Source: Fimbriimonadia bacterium
GTDB taxonomy: Bacteria > Armatimonadota > Fimbriimonadia > Fimbriimonadales > JABRVX01
Length of the DNA stretch: 64,000 nucleotides
Assembly (NCBI GenBank): GCA_041483895.1
Contig: JBGPGO010000003.1
Span: 128,001-192,000 of the forward strand
Direction: 5' to 3'
The notes beneath the pieces are model-generated. The model saw nothing but the letters and a program-made list of their open reading frames with translations. It had not been told where the DNA came from and did not search any database. A program made the position numbers and the translations under genes. This document shows, in pieces, positions 19,938 through 30,000 of this stretch. Position 1 is the stretch's first letter. Every line of letters starts with the position of its first letter.

Positions 19938-20267
19938 TTATCCCTTCGGATCGCCGGGGAGTCGGTCGGCCTTGATTTCGTTGAGGTTGGTCTTGCCGTC
20001 CCCGTCCGAATCCAGCATTTCGACCTTCGCTAGAATCTCCGGGGTGAGCTTCTTGATCTTAGCGCCGGCGGCTTGCTTAATAGCTAGCCCATAGCTGTTG
20101 AGCTTCGGTCCCTTTTTGCCGATATGGCAGGTCATGCAACTGGTCGCGTGGATTTTTGAACCCGCCTTGATACCGTACTTGGTCTCGAAGACCTTTTGGA
20201 AGCTGGTCAACGCCATCGCGGTCGCGGCGATGAACAGAAGGACCATCAAAATCGCAGTTCGTTTCAT
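19938..20267 (-). CDS. Small secreted c-type cytochrome-like protein (CxxCH)
   Basis: Signal peptide, SCMTCHIG, C-terminal DSDGDGKTN..EI...PGDP; AGGAGG RBS. Confidence 0.7.
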   Translation of the reverse strand: MKRTAILMVLLFIAATAMALTSFQKVFETKYGIKAGSKIHATSCMTCHIGKKGPKLNSYGLAIKQAAGAKIKKLTPEILAKVEMLDSDGDGKTNLNEIKADRLPGDPKG

Positions 20268-20406
20268 GGTTATCCCTCCTTTGGGATTTGGGGTTCGCGT
20301 CGTTGCGATTCCCAATTGATTCATACCTCAAATTCGCTGAACAAAGTGCCTCAAATGGGCGAAATACCTATTGCCTACATGGTGGAAATTAACGGGGGTG
20401 AATGTG

Positions 20407-20751
20407 CTACGGCGCCGCGGCGATGCGGGGGACGCGGGCGAGTTGGTTCGGAAAGCGAGGCGCGTGCATGCCGGCGACGAAGCCGAGGCCGATTGCCATG
20501 AGAAATGCGGCGGCCGGCCACCGGCGAGTGACACTCGTCTGAGTGGAAAGAAGCCCAATTCCTACCGCTACCAAGAATACGAGGAGTTGTTTGGAGCTTC
20601 CTACCAGGTCGGAACGAAGAGAGCCGCCCGTGGCGATGACAGACATGGTGACGAGGCCGGCGGTCCATCTTTGGCCCAGCAACCCAGGAAACCAGATTGT
20701 TGATTCAGTACTCTTCACAGTTATGCAATTGGGGCCGTCTGACGGCCCCAA
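20407..20751 (-). CDS. Possible small membrane protein (start uncertain)
   Basis: Two hydrophobic segments, fills intergenic gap; annotated start lies in a terminator hairpin. Confidence 0.35.
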   Translation of the reverse strand: MGPSDGPNCITVKSTESTIWFPGLLGQRWTAGLVTMSVIATGGSLRSDLVGSSKQLLVFLVAVGIGLLSTQTSVTRRWPAAAFLMAIGLGFVAGMHAPRFPNQLARVPRIAAAP

Positions 20752-20752
20752 T
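20728..20752. terminator. Hairpin downstream of the stalk-domain gene
   Basis: ATTGGGGCCGTC-T-GACGGCCCCAAT palindrome. Confidence 0.55.
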
Positions 20753-20769
20753 AATGGATCGGTTCGTTC

Positions 20770-22332
20770 CTAGTCCTTGGAGGTTACCAAAACATGGCCG
20801 GAAACCGGATCGTAATCAACGTCGACGTTCAATGCATCCCTCATAAAACTCAGGGGAACGATGGTCCGTCCGTCGACGAGGAATGCCGGAACGTCTAATT
20901 TTACGCCCGTTCCGTTCAATTTCGCAACCGATTTGCCTACCTGGATTCGGACCTCCATGCCCGGCTTCTTGGCGTTCAATACCTTCTGATGGTTGTCCCA
21001 CTTGATTTTTCCGCCGTCATGCTCGAACAGGTGGCGGAAGGGGGCAACCGGAACTCCATTGACCGTCGTTGGCTGAACATCAAAGCTGATTTCATCGCCG
21101 TCGAAGAAAACCGAGTAGCCGCTTGTGCTCAGATGGACACCCGTTCTGACCGCTATCAGGCCGGACGCGGCGCGCGCCTCAGCCTTGGGCTCGGCAACTG
21201 TGGCGTTGGACCCGACGGTGCCCTTGCTCTTGGCCGTCGGGGTGACGATGTTGATGGATGTGATCCCCGGTTCGACCGCTTTGGCCACTTGGATCGGCTT
21301 GCTGGCTTTGATGGATGGCCGCACAACTTTCGCTTCCGGTTTTATGGTCACAATTTCCCGCTTCACAACCGGCTTGCTGGAGACCTTGACCGCTTGAATT
21401 GCGGTCACGCTCCCCGGCGAAGTCAATCGTTGGCCGGTCATGGTGACGTCGGCCCGCTCAATTCCCTTGTCCAGCGCCGGCCTTCCGACAGGCGCATACT
21501 TGGTCACGCCGCCAATCTGGCCAACGGAAATCGCCGTCACGTTACCCGGCTCGCTTTCGTGCACATTGCCGGAAACGGCTTCGGTATTGCCGGACGAGGC
21601 GCGAACACCTGCGCTTTTCGTCAATACCGGCTCGCCACGGTCAAGTCCGGTCTCCGCCGGCGTCGTTTGGGTTTCTACACGGTCGGTTCGCCCACCGGGA
21701 TTGTTGACAAAAACCTGGATCTGGGGAGATTTGAAGGTGTCGAGGCTGGCGTCATAGGCCCATGCCTCGATTTGGTGCCAGCCGGGCGCCTCTTTGGTGG
21801 TGTCCCAAGAAAACTTGTAAGGCGGAACGTTGCGCATTTCACGGAACTGCCGGTCGATAAAGAGCGAAACGAATGGTTTCTTGATGCTGGGATCGATCGC
21901 GACATCGATTTGGTATTCGCCGGCAACCTGGTCGCCGTATTTCGGCAATCGCACCATGACAGGCGCCCCGGCGACGGCCGCAACAGAAATCTTCGTGCTG
22001 GACTTTCCGATCTGCTTGCTTTCCGAAGAGAGCAAGATGGCTTCCAAAATATGATCCCCAGGAGGCAGAGCGCTTGGATTCAGGTCGAAAACGGCCTCCC
22101 CGGCCCCGTTTACCGCCACCACATCGCGGGTCCCGATCACCTTGCCATCGAGGCGCAATTGCACGACGGAAGGGTTGAGGTCGGTGAATCGAACGATCAG
22201 GGAGTTCTGTTCAAATGCCTTTTGCAGAACAACCTTGGTGTCGAACACGAACGCGTAGATCGAACCCGAAAGGGCAAATAGGCACAGACCGAAGCACGCA
22301 TGGAGAACGTTCCTTGCCTTCGAATTAGCCAT
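20770..22332 (-). CDS. Secreted protein with Ig-like domain and C-terminal copper amine oxidase N-terminal (stalk) domain
   Basis: PPYKFSWDTT..G.H.IEA.AYD Ig-like motif; FDVQP..APFRHLFE..GRTIVPLSF stalk motif. Confidence 0.75.
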   Translation of the reverse strand: MANSKARNVLHACFGLCLFALSGSIYAFVFDTKVVLQKAFEQNSLIVRFTDLNPSVVQLRLDGKVIGTRDVVAVNGAGEAVFDLNPSALPPGDHILEAILLSSESKQIGKSSTKISVAAVAGAPVMVRLPKYGDQVAGEYQIDVAIDPSIKKPFVSLFIDRQFREMRNVPPYKFSWDTTKEAPGWHQIEAWAYDASLDTFKSPQIQVFVNNPGGRTDRVETQTTPAETGLDRGEPVLTKSAGVRASSGNTEAVSGNVHESEPGNVTAISVGQIGGVTKYAPVGRPALDKGIERADVTMTGQRLTSPGSVTAIQAVKVSSKPVVKREIVTIKPEAKVVRPSIKASKPIQVAKAVEPGITSINIVTPTAKSKGTVGSNATVAEPKAEARAASGLIAVRTGVHLSTSGYSVFFDGDEISFDVQPTTVNGVPVAPFRHLFEHDGGKIKWDNHQKVLNAKKPGMEVRIQVGKSVAKLNGTGVKLDVPAFLVDGRTIVPLSFMRDALNVDVDYDPVSGHVLVTSKD

Positions 22333-22442
22333 TCCTTCTCCTCCTTGAACACCGCTCGCCCGTCTTCGCGGGCGCATCGACAACGTACGAGACTAGCACA
22401 ATGACGCGTTGGTGTCAACCCCATTGGACGAGGCGAGGCGCC

Positions 22443-23075
22443 TTATTCGTTCGTCGCGGAGCCGAAAAGATGGCGCAGAATCGGGATTGCCAGAGCCAAA
22501 GTCCTCGCCCGATGGCTGATTTGGTTCTTCCGGCCTGGCGGCAACTCTCCGATTGTGCAGCCTTCCGTGGGGAGATAAAAAATGGGGTCGTAGCCAAAAC
22601 CGCCGGATCCGCGCGGCGCTTCGGCGATTCGGCCTTCCAGGGTGGCTTGGCATACCTTGACCGGCCCGCCGGGTTCCGCGATGGCGATTGCGCATCGGAA
22701 CCGTGCTGTCCGATCCTCTTCGGGAACACCGTCGAGCCGATCTAATATGATCCGCATCTTTTCCGGGAATGTGCTTTCTCCGGCGAACCGCTTGGAATGG
22801 AGCCCCGGCCCTACGTTCAGAGCATCGATCTCCAACCCAACGTCGTCCCCAATCGCAATCTCTCCGAACTGGTCGGCCGCCGAACGAGCCTTGATGATGG
22901 CATTTTCAGCGTAGGTTGACCCATTTTCTTCCGGTTCAAGAAAGCCTGGGAGGTCCGCCAAGGTCAAGATCGGAATATCCCGGAGACCTTCTCGAAGGAT
23001 TTCCGCCATCTCGCGCCCTTTGCCGGCGTTGTTCGTTGCGAGTATCAGGCGCTTCAAAGAGGAGTGTTGAGGCAT
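22443..23075 (-). CDS. rdgB: Non-canonical purine NTP pyrophosphatase (HAM1 family)
   Basis: LATNNAGK, ENAIIKA, GFGYDPIF, KNQISHRA; downstream of rph. Confidence 0.95.
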   Translation of the reverse strand: MPQHSSLKRLILATNNAGKGREMAEILREGLRDIPILTLADLPGFLEPEENGSTYAENAIIKARSAADQFGEIAIGDDVGLEIDALNVGPGLHSKRFAGESTFPEKMRIILDRLDGVPEEDRTARFRCAIAIAEPGGPVKVCQATLEGRIAEAPRGSGGFGYDPIFYLPTEGCTIGELPPGRKNQISHRARTLALAIPILRHLFGSATNE

Positions 23076-23776
23076 TCTCGTTGGGCTTCGAAGATCTGTT
23101 CCAGACCGTGCTGGGCCATGTGCAGCATTCGCGCGAGCCGCTGTTCGGTAAACGGTGCGCTTTCGGCAGTGCCTTGCACCTCGACAAATTTGGCCGAATC
23201 CGTCATCACGATGTTCATGTCCACCGCTGCCGACGAGTCCTCATCATATTTGAGGTCCAGCAGCTCCACTCCCATAACGACCCCGATGCTGATTGCGGCA
23301 ACCGCTTCTGATATCACGGATCGGCTGACAAACCCCTTTTCCCGCATCCAATTGACCGCGTCGATCAAGGCGACATACCCGCCGGTAATAGCAGCCGTCC
23401 GGGTTCCGCCATCGCCGCGCAGGACATCGCAGTCTATGGTGATGGTCCGCTCGCCCAGGGCCTCCAAATCGCTGACGGAACGCAATGACCGACCGATGAG
23501 CCTTTGGATCTCCTGGGTGCGGCCGCCGGCGCCGCGCTCTCGCTCGCGGGCAGTTCGTTGGAGGCAGGCCCTCGGCAGCATGGAATATTCCGCGGTGATC
23601 CAGCCGCCGCCGGAGCCCTTTAGCCATGGCGGCACTTTGTCTTCGACTGAGGCAGCGCACAGGACATGGGTATCCCCGAGGGTGATCAAACATGAGCCTT
23701 CGGCATATTTGACCGCCCCGCGTTCTAATCTTAAAGGCCGGATTTCGTCCGGTTTCCTGCCATCCGATCGAGCCAA
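23054..23776 (-). CDS. rph: Ribonuclease PH
   Basis: TAEYSMLPRA, GRTQEIQRLIGRSLR, DGGTRTAAITG, EVQGTAE. Confidence 0.97.
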   Translation of the reverse strand: MARSDGRKPDEIRPLRLERGAVKYAEGSCLITLGDTHVLCAASVEDKVPPWLKGSGGGWITAEYSMLPRACLQRTARERERGAGGRTQEIQRLIGRSLRSVSDLEALGERTITIDCDVLRGDGGTRTAAITGGYVALIDAVNWMREKGFVSRSVISEAVAAISIGVVMGVELLDLKYDEDSSAAVDMNIVMTDSAKFVEVQGTAESAPFTEQRLARMLHMAQHGLEQIFEAQRECLNTPL

Positions 23777-24003
23777 GAATTCCTCCGCTTTCTCCGGGTT
23801 GAGGTGTGGATTGTACCTCTGGCCTGTCGTTCACCCGAAAACCCCTCGGCATCGAAAACTGCCTCAAATTGGCGGTTTGTTCGGAGAAAAGCACCCGAAT
23901 CTAACGCGATTTTCTTCGCAAGTATTCAGTTTTCCCAAATGTATCCGACAATTCCAACGATAACACAGGCGTGAACGCCTGCCACAAAAGGAGTGTGCGA
24001 TAC

Positions 24004-24597
24004 ATGGCTGTAAAGACCAGAAGCACCATCAAGCCGGCGATTAGAAGCATCGCTGGTACAGTTTTGAAGAAGTCAAAGGTTACAACGAAGCGAAAGACCA
24101 CCGGCAAACGAGTTGTCAAGTCCCTTCGCACGACGACCCGTGGCGTAAAGACGACCCGCTCGCTGGGCGTTTCCAAGCGAAACATCCTTCCGAAGGATGC
24201 CATCGGCGCTTACTCCAACTCCGTTACCATCCCGCAGTTCCTCCCGTTCTTCCACATCAAGTTTGAGAAGTTCGCGGGCGGTATAAAGTGCTGGCTCGGT
24301 AGCAATTCACCGGATGCGGTCATCAATCTGAACCGCTACTTCCAGAGCTACACCGGTAGCATGGTCAGCCTGAACCTGTTGCTCAACGGTGTGCCGTGGT
24401 TCAACTTCAACTTCGCGTTCGGCAACTGCAACTGGAAGCCGATCGGCAACGGTGGCTGGTATGTCTGCAACACCACCGACAGGGACTATCTGAAGGCTCT
24501 GCACAGCTTCGTTGAGCTGGCGAACTACAGCCTCAAGTACGGTTGCACCTGCTGCCTCAGTATCGGTGGCAACCCACTCTGCTGCTGCATTCTCTAA
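24004..24597 (+). CDS. Hypothetical protein with Lys/Arg/Thr-rich N-terminal tail and Cys-rich C-terminus
   Basis: AAAGGAG RBS, ATG 24004, own terminator; ends GCTCCLSIGGNPLCCCIL. Confidence 0.8.
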   Translation: MAVKTRSTIKPAIRSIAGTVLKKSKVTTKRKTTGKRVVKSLRTTTRGVKTTRSLGVSKRNILPKDAIGAYSNSVTIPQFLPFFHIKFEKFAGGIKCWLGSNSPDAVINLNRYFQSYTGSMVSLNLLLNGVPWFNFNFAFGNCNWKPIGNGGWYVCNTTDRDYLKALHSFVELANYSLKYGCTCCLSIGGNPLCCCIL

Positions 24598-24623
24598 GTT
24601 TCGCGTAGAGTCCACCCTTCTTC

Positions 24624-24660
24624 GGGCCTGTTCGAGAAATCGGGCAGGCCCCTTGTTTTT
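24624..24660 (+). terminator. Rho-independent terminator
   Basis: GGGCCTGTTCGA-GAAA-TCGGGCAGGCCC + TTGTTTTT. Confidence 0.8.
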
Positions 24661-24821
24661 GCCAGGAATTATCGCAACCTTGATGGATTACCAGCCAATT
24701 CAGGGAATATTCTGATGGAAGCGTCGCGTAGAGACGGTGGTGCGATTCCGCGGTCGCAGAGTGTTTGTACTACAATGGAGACGGAATTGTGCGGGAAACG
24801 AACGAGAAATTGGGGGCTGTA

Positions 24822-25538
24822 ATGAAAGTAATTCTGTGTATTCCGATTTTGGCTCTAGCGGTGGGTGGGGCAGTGGCGCAAAAGGCCGCGACTCCGCCGA
24901 AGCCGTTCTTTACTGAAATCAAGATATTCAAGGCCGATAAGCCGGTTCTGACCGTGAAGTATTGGCAAGACGGCGACATGATCCGAAGGGAGTACGGCAA
25001 GAGTTTCTTGACGACCTACCTGACGACCAAAGAGGGCACCTACATCATCGTCAACAACCAGGACCGGGCTGTGAGGGTCAACAACAATCACTATCAAATC
25101 CAGGGCAAATTGGTTGAAAAGAATGCCCTGTGGCCGATGGGAGACGTCGACGGATTCTTGAAAGAATGGAACGCCAAGCTGCTCGGCGAGACCGATCTGG
25201 CCGCCAACGGCAAGACCATCAAGGCGCTGAAGTACACGTATTCTCTCAAGGACGCCAATAAAACTATGGCCACCTTGTGGATTGAAAAGGCGACTCATAA
25301 GCCGATCAAGGTCGTTTGGGGCAAGAACGTCAATATCGATGTCGCGCCCTCGAAGTTGAAGAAGGGCGAACTCCAGGAGTTCCAAACGCGGATTGAGTAC
25401 TCGAAGTACATCGTTGGAGACCAGATTGCCAAAGAGATGTTCGCCAAGCCGAGTTTGGTGGTTGATTTGGGCGATGGCCCCATCGTCGGCAAAGGCAAGC
25501 CGAAGACCACGGGAGACGCCACTCCTTCCGGCGGCTAG
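24822..25538 (+). CDS. Secreted hypothetical protein (LolA/lipoprotein-sorting-like beta fold possible)
   Basis: Signal peptide; LWIEKATHKPIKV and MFAKP patterns. Confidence 0.6.
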   Translation: MKVILCIPILALAVGGAVAQKAATPPKPFFTEIKIFKADKPVLTVKYWQDGDMIRREYGKSFLTTYLTTKEGTYIIVNNQDRAVRVNNNHYQIQGKLVEKNALWPMGDVDGFLKEWNAKLLGETDLAANGKTIKALKYTYSLKDANKTMATLWIEKATHKPIKVVWGKNVNIDVAPSKLKKGELQEFQTRIEYSKYIVGDQIAKEMFAKPSLVVDLGDGPIVGKGKPKTTGDATPSGG

Positions 25539-25562
25539 CCCAGTTTCTTCTCTCCAGAAATC

Positions 25563-25604
25563 GTAGATTCCGGGGTCAAACGGCCCCGGAATCTACTTGT
25601 ATTT
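25563..25604 (+). terminator. Rho-independent terminator
   Basis: GTAGATTCCGGGGTC-AAAC-GGCCCCGGAATCTAC + T-rich tract. Confidence 0.75.
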
Positions 25605-25666
25605 GCCCCGAAATCCGGCTAGGAAGCAAAAATTGTTGCAGGCAACCGCTAATCTTCCGCGCTGTG

Positions 25667-25675
25667 TGTTATAAT
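25667..25675 (+). promoter_or_regulatory. Extended -10 promoter (TGnTATAAT)
   Basis: TG-T-TATAAT perfect match ~290 nt upstream of 25967 ORF. Confidence 0.6.
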
Positions 25676-25966
25676 GGCCAATCGAGGGGTAGTGAAATTT
25701 CACTACGGCGCTAGTGGTAACGGAAAAGGGGCCGAAAGGCGTCAGAGCAACCTAAACCGAATGCTCCGGTGTTCAGTCTGGTTTCGATTTGATAACCGGT
25801 ATCCGGTTTCCCAGCCACGGCAGCGTAATGAGATCGATTTTCGGTCTCGGTTGCGGGATGCGGCGTATGGAGGGGAAAGCGTTCTTCTCAAGCGTGTATC
25901 CAGAGCATTGCACTTCCTATTGGGAGTTGCATGTAATCGTGTGTTCGGAAGGAGTAGAGAATACAG

Positions 25967-26941
25967 ATGTCTATTTTGAATAAGACGCTGTGGGCGTGTT
26001 GCGCGGTCTTCGTGGTTGGCAGCAGCTTCGGCCAGCTAACTCGTGGCAATGACAACAATAATGGTGTCCATGGCTCGATCATTGGAAACGGCGGCGTTTC
26101 GACGGCCGCGGAATGCAATAACGGAAGCTCGGAACCGGTCGTTAAGGAAGTCCCGAACTTGATTTGGGTTCATGAGGCGGTTACCGATCCGTTCGACGGT
26201 GGGTTGAAGACCGGGTTCCGCCCGGAAACCATCTTCTTCGATGACTGGACCATCCGGTATCTCATCGAAACCAAACTCGGCATCGAGATCAACTGCGAAG
26301 GGTTTGACTTCATTCTTCAGGCGATCCGGTTGAGCAAGCAGACCCCGGTGCAGAAGTGCACCGCGTTTGTTTCGGGTCCGGGCGCGGGTCTCAACACCAA
26401 CTTCGATACAGGCCTAAGAAAGGCCCAGACTGCGAATTTGGACGAGTTGTTCTGCGCCTGGGTGTTTAGTATGCCGCCTGACGGGCCGTGCCTTGGCACC
26501 CGGTGCCTTCTGTTCTCGCCGCCGCTTACCAAGTACAGCCTTGAGGTCGACTATGTCCGAAGGGACAAGACGACCGGAACGATCAGCGCTCCGTACAAGA
26601 GAATCTACTGCATCTTGGTGAAGATCCCGACGATCGAAGAGATCAAGTGCAATATCGAGTACTTCAGCACAGTCGCGGCCGGCGTGACGCAGAAGTGCAA
26701 GATCGACATGTCTTGCGTTGACGCTCTGAACGCGGCGCTCGACTTAGCAGATCCGCTCGAAGCCCTGCTTGAGTTCGAGACTGTCATCGCCTTCTGCGCA
26801 ACGGATTTCGAAACGTTGCTGGCCAAAGATGAAAAGGGCAACTATGATGCCCGGTTTATCTTCGACTATCTCATCGACAGCGATGAGGAGCCAATCGGTT
26901 GCCTCCTCATCGAACAAGCCAACGCTTTGCTCTGGCACTAA
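25967..26941 (+). CDS. Cys-rich secreted hypothetical protein
   Basis: AAGGAG RBS, signal peptide, 14 Cys, monocistronic with terminator. Confidence 0.8.
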   Translation: MSILNKTLWACCAVFVVGSSFGQLTRGNDNNNGVHGSIIGNGGVSTAAECNNGSSEPVVKEVPNLIWVHEAVTDPFDGGLKTGFRPETIFFDDWTIRYLIETKLGIEINCEGFDFILQAIRLSKQTPVQKCTAFVSGPGAGLNTNFDTGLRKAQTANLDELFCAWVFSMPPDGPCLGTRCLLFSPPLTKYSLEVDYVRRDKTTGTISAPYKRIYCILVKIPTIEEIKCNIEYFSTVAAGVTQKCKIDMSCVDALNAALDLADPLEALLEFETVIAFCATDFETLLAKDEKGNYDARFIFDYLIDSDEEPIGCLLIEQANALLWH

Positions 26942-26970
26942 TCGGCTAGCACAAAGCAGTGTTAGTAAGA

Positions 26971-27003
26971 ATGGGCCGCCTTCGGGCGGTCCATCTGCTT
27001 TTT
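26971..27003 (+). terminator. Rho-independent terminator
   Basis: ATGGGCCGCC-TTCG-GGCGGTCCAT + T tract. Confidence 0.8.
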
Positions 27004-27034
27004 CACCAAAACTAATCTAAATTTAGCCGCTCGG

Positions 27035-27063
27035 TTGACTTCGATCCCTACCTGTGGTATTCT
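27035..27063 (+). promoter_or_regulatory. Sigma-70 promoter of smc
   Basis: TTGACT-17 nt-TATTCT with extended TG. Confidence 0.65.
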
Positions 27064-27085
27064 CGTCCCACTACGGAAGGTCTAC

Positions 27086-30000
27086 TTGTATCTCAAACGA
27101 GTTAAGCTGTTCGGATTTAAGAGCTTTGCGGATCGCACTGAGCTTGAATTCAACCCACACCTGATCGCCATCGTCGGACCCAACGGTTGCGGCAAAAGCA
27201 ACATCGTTGACGCCATCCTGTGGGCGCTTGGCGAGCACAATCCGCGTGTGCTCCGCGCCGGCACCGCATCCGAAGTTATCTTCTCCGGGTCGGCGCGCCG
27301 AAAAGGGCTCGGATACGCCGAAGTTCAACTTACATTCGATAACGATGACGGCGGTTTGGGCTTCCCGGCCGCCGAGGTCGCCACAACGCGACGAGTAACG
27401 CTGGATGGCGAGAGCGAGTACTTCATCAACGGCCGGTCATGCCGACAAAAAGATATCGTCGACCTATTCGCGGATACCGGTCTTGGTCGAACAGGGTATG
27501 GCATCGTCGGCCAGCAGGAGCTGGACTCGCTACTCACAGCGCTGCCGGAACAGCGCCGTCTCCTCATCGACGAAGCGGCGGGCGTGCAGAAGTTTCGCGT
27601 CCGAAAGGCAGACACGCTCAAGCGGCTCGAGGCGGCAAACCAGCACCTCCGTCGCGCACAGGACCTGGTAGACGAAATGGAGCGGCAGCTGGCCCCGCTG
27701 GAGAAACAGGCCGCGCTCGCACACGCATACCGCGCGGCCCGGGCCCGCCTCGACGAATTGGAGCTCGACCTGATCCTGCGGGACCTTTTGAAGTTCACAG
27801 AGCAGTTGGCCGCTATCGACGAAGAGGTCTCGAATCTGGCCTCGAACGCGGCCCAGCTCGACCGCCGGCTGCAAGAAAGCGAACAGGCCGCCGCCGCGCT
27901 TGGCGAAACGATCGGGGAGGCGGAAAAGGAGCTGGATCATCGCCGCAACCTCCAGCAGGGCGCCTTCACGGCCCTAGAGCGCGCGGACAACGCCGTCGCC
28001 CTGGCAGAGGAACGGTTGCGCTCATTGCAACAGATCATCGTCTCCGAAGAGCAACGGGCCGATAGCAGCTCCGGTGAAATCAGCCGGCTCCGGTCCGAGT
28101 TGAATGAGTCCCAACAGCAGCTTGATGCCACAAATAAGCGATTGGCTGAACTGGGTGACGGCGCACTGGTTCTAGAATTGCAGCGCACTCGTGGCGAACT
28201 AGAACAAGCGAGGGAGCAGTTAACGGAGATCCGCCGCACCGAGGCCGCCCGGCAGCGAGAGGAAGTGGAACGCCGAGAGTCCGTCGCGCGAATCGGCCGG
28301 ATGCGAGACGAAATCACGGAGCTGAGCCGCGAGCGATACCCGCTGGAGGCATCGGTGGCCGATTTGGCCGATCGGCTTGCCACCTCAACCGGGCGGGTCC
28401 AAGATACGGAGGCGGAACGAGCGAAGGCCGAAACCGATTTGGAAAGCGTTCGCGAGGCAAGAGCGCGGATTTCCTCCGATCTCGCGGATCGGCAAAGGGA
28501 GCTTGCGGCGGCGGAAGCCCGGCGAGAGACGTTGGCTGCCGGGACCCCGGGAGATGTCACGACCAAACTGTTGGAAGACAAGCGTCTGTCCCGCCTTGCA
28601 AAGCGGCTTACCGTCAAGCCTGAGCACCGGATAGCTATCGATGCGGCTCTTGCTGCCGGTGGCGAAGCGCTGATCGCCGCAACCGGTGCGATCGCGAGGG
28701 AAGTGATGGGTCTCCTCACCGAACTGCAAGAAGGAAGGGCGTGGATCATGTCGCCGGAAACGGTCCGGCGGTCGGCTGGCGATGCTCTTCGCACTGCGGC
28801 GAGGGCAGCCGGGGCGCTTGGGTTGGCAAGCGATTTCGTCGGATGTTCTTCCCCGGACAACGAGATTGTCGGCGCGCTCCTCGGTACCACTGTTATCTGC
28901 CCGGATTGGCCCCAGGCATTGGCGCTGGCCGATCAATTGACGGGCTGGGACCGGATTGTCACTTTGGCGGGGGAGACGATCGAATCTTCGGGCGCCTGGC
29001 AGGCCGGTCCGATTCGCGGACGAGTTGCCATCGAATCCGAATTGCGTGACCTTGCCGAAGCGATCGAAACCATGGAAGCCGAGTGCGAAACACTTTCGAT
29101 GTCTTTGGCCGAAACGGACCGAAAGACCGAGGTGGCAGTCGCCCAAAAGCAGGCTCTCGATCGCGATGCGTCTCTGCGGCGGACGGAGAACGCGGAGGCC
29201 GAACGAAACTACGTGGTAGCCTCGCAGCGGTTGGAAATGCTGGTCAAACGGTCGGGTGATTTGGAAAGCCAAATCAAGGAACTGTCGGAGAAAATGCCCA
29301 CGGAATCGGCGTTCGAGGACCTCGGGGACCCGGACGAAATCCAGCAGCGCGTCAGCGATCTGGAACGGGAAGTGGCAGCCCGAGAAACCTCCCAAACGCA
29401 CCACAGCAAAGAGCTGCGCGACCTGGAAGCCGTGGCGGAGGGGCAATCCACCCGTGTTGCGCGACTCAAGGCTCAAATCGCACAGGCCGGCGATAAGGAC
29501 GACCAGGATCGTTCGCGCCTCTTCGAACTCGCTCAGAAAGTCGAACGCGCCGAAGCCGATGTGGAGAACGGCAAAAACGCCGCTGAAACAGCCCGTGAGG
29601 CAAAGCTGGATGCCGACGGCAAATTTGAGGAGGCCCGACTCGCGCGAGCGGCATTACTCGAAGAGAGTTTTCGCGCCGGCGAGCTGGGGAAGACCCTTCG
29701 GCAGGAACGAGGGTCGCTTTCGGATCGCGCCCACGGATTGGATTTGGATCGGGCAAAGGCGGATATCAAGCGCTCTCAGATCCTCTCGACGCTTGCCCAA
29801 GACAGAGAGATCGGGGCCGAACGCGCGCTACTGATGGCGACGAAGTTGGAAGTGCCGCAGGACGCGGATCGTGAGGCGGCCGCGCTCCGCAGGCAGCTCC
29901 GCGATATGGGCGAGGTCAATATCGGCGCGGTGGATGCCCTCGATGAGCTGCGCGATCGGCATCGAGACCTGGTCACCCAGCGGGATGACCTGCTGGATGC

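Noticed and set aside
25700..25800. c-di-GMP-I riboswitch
   Set aside because: A GAAA tetraloop is present, but the GGCAAAC/GACGCAAAG core is absent
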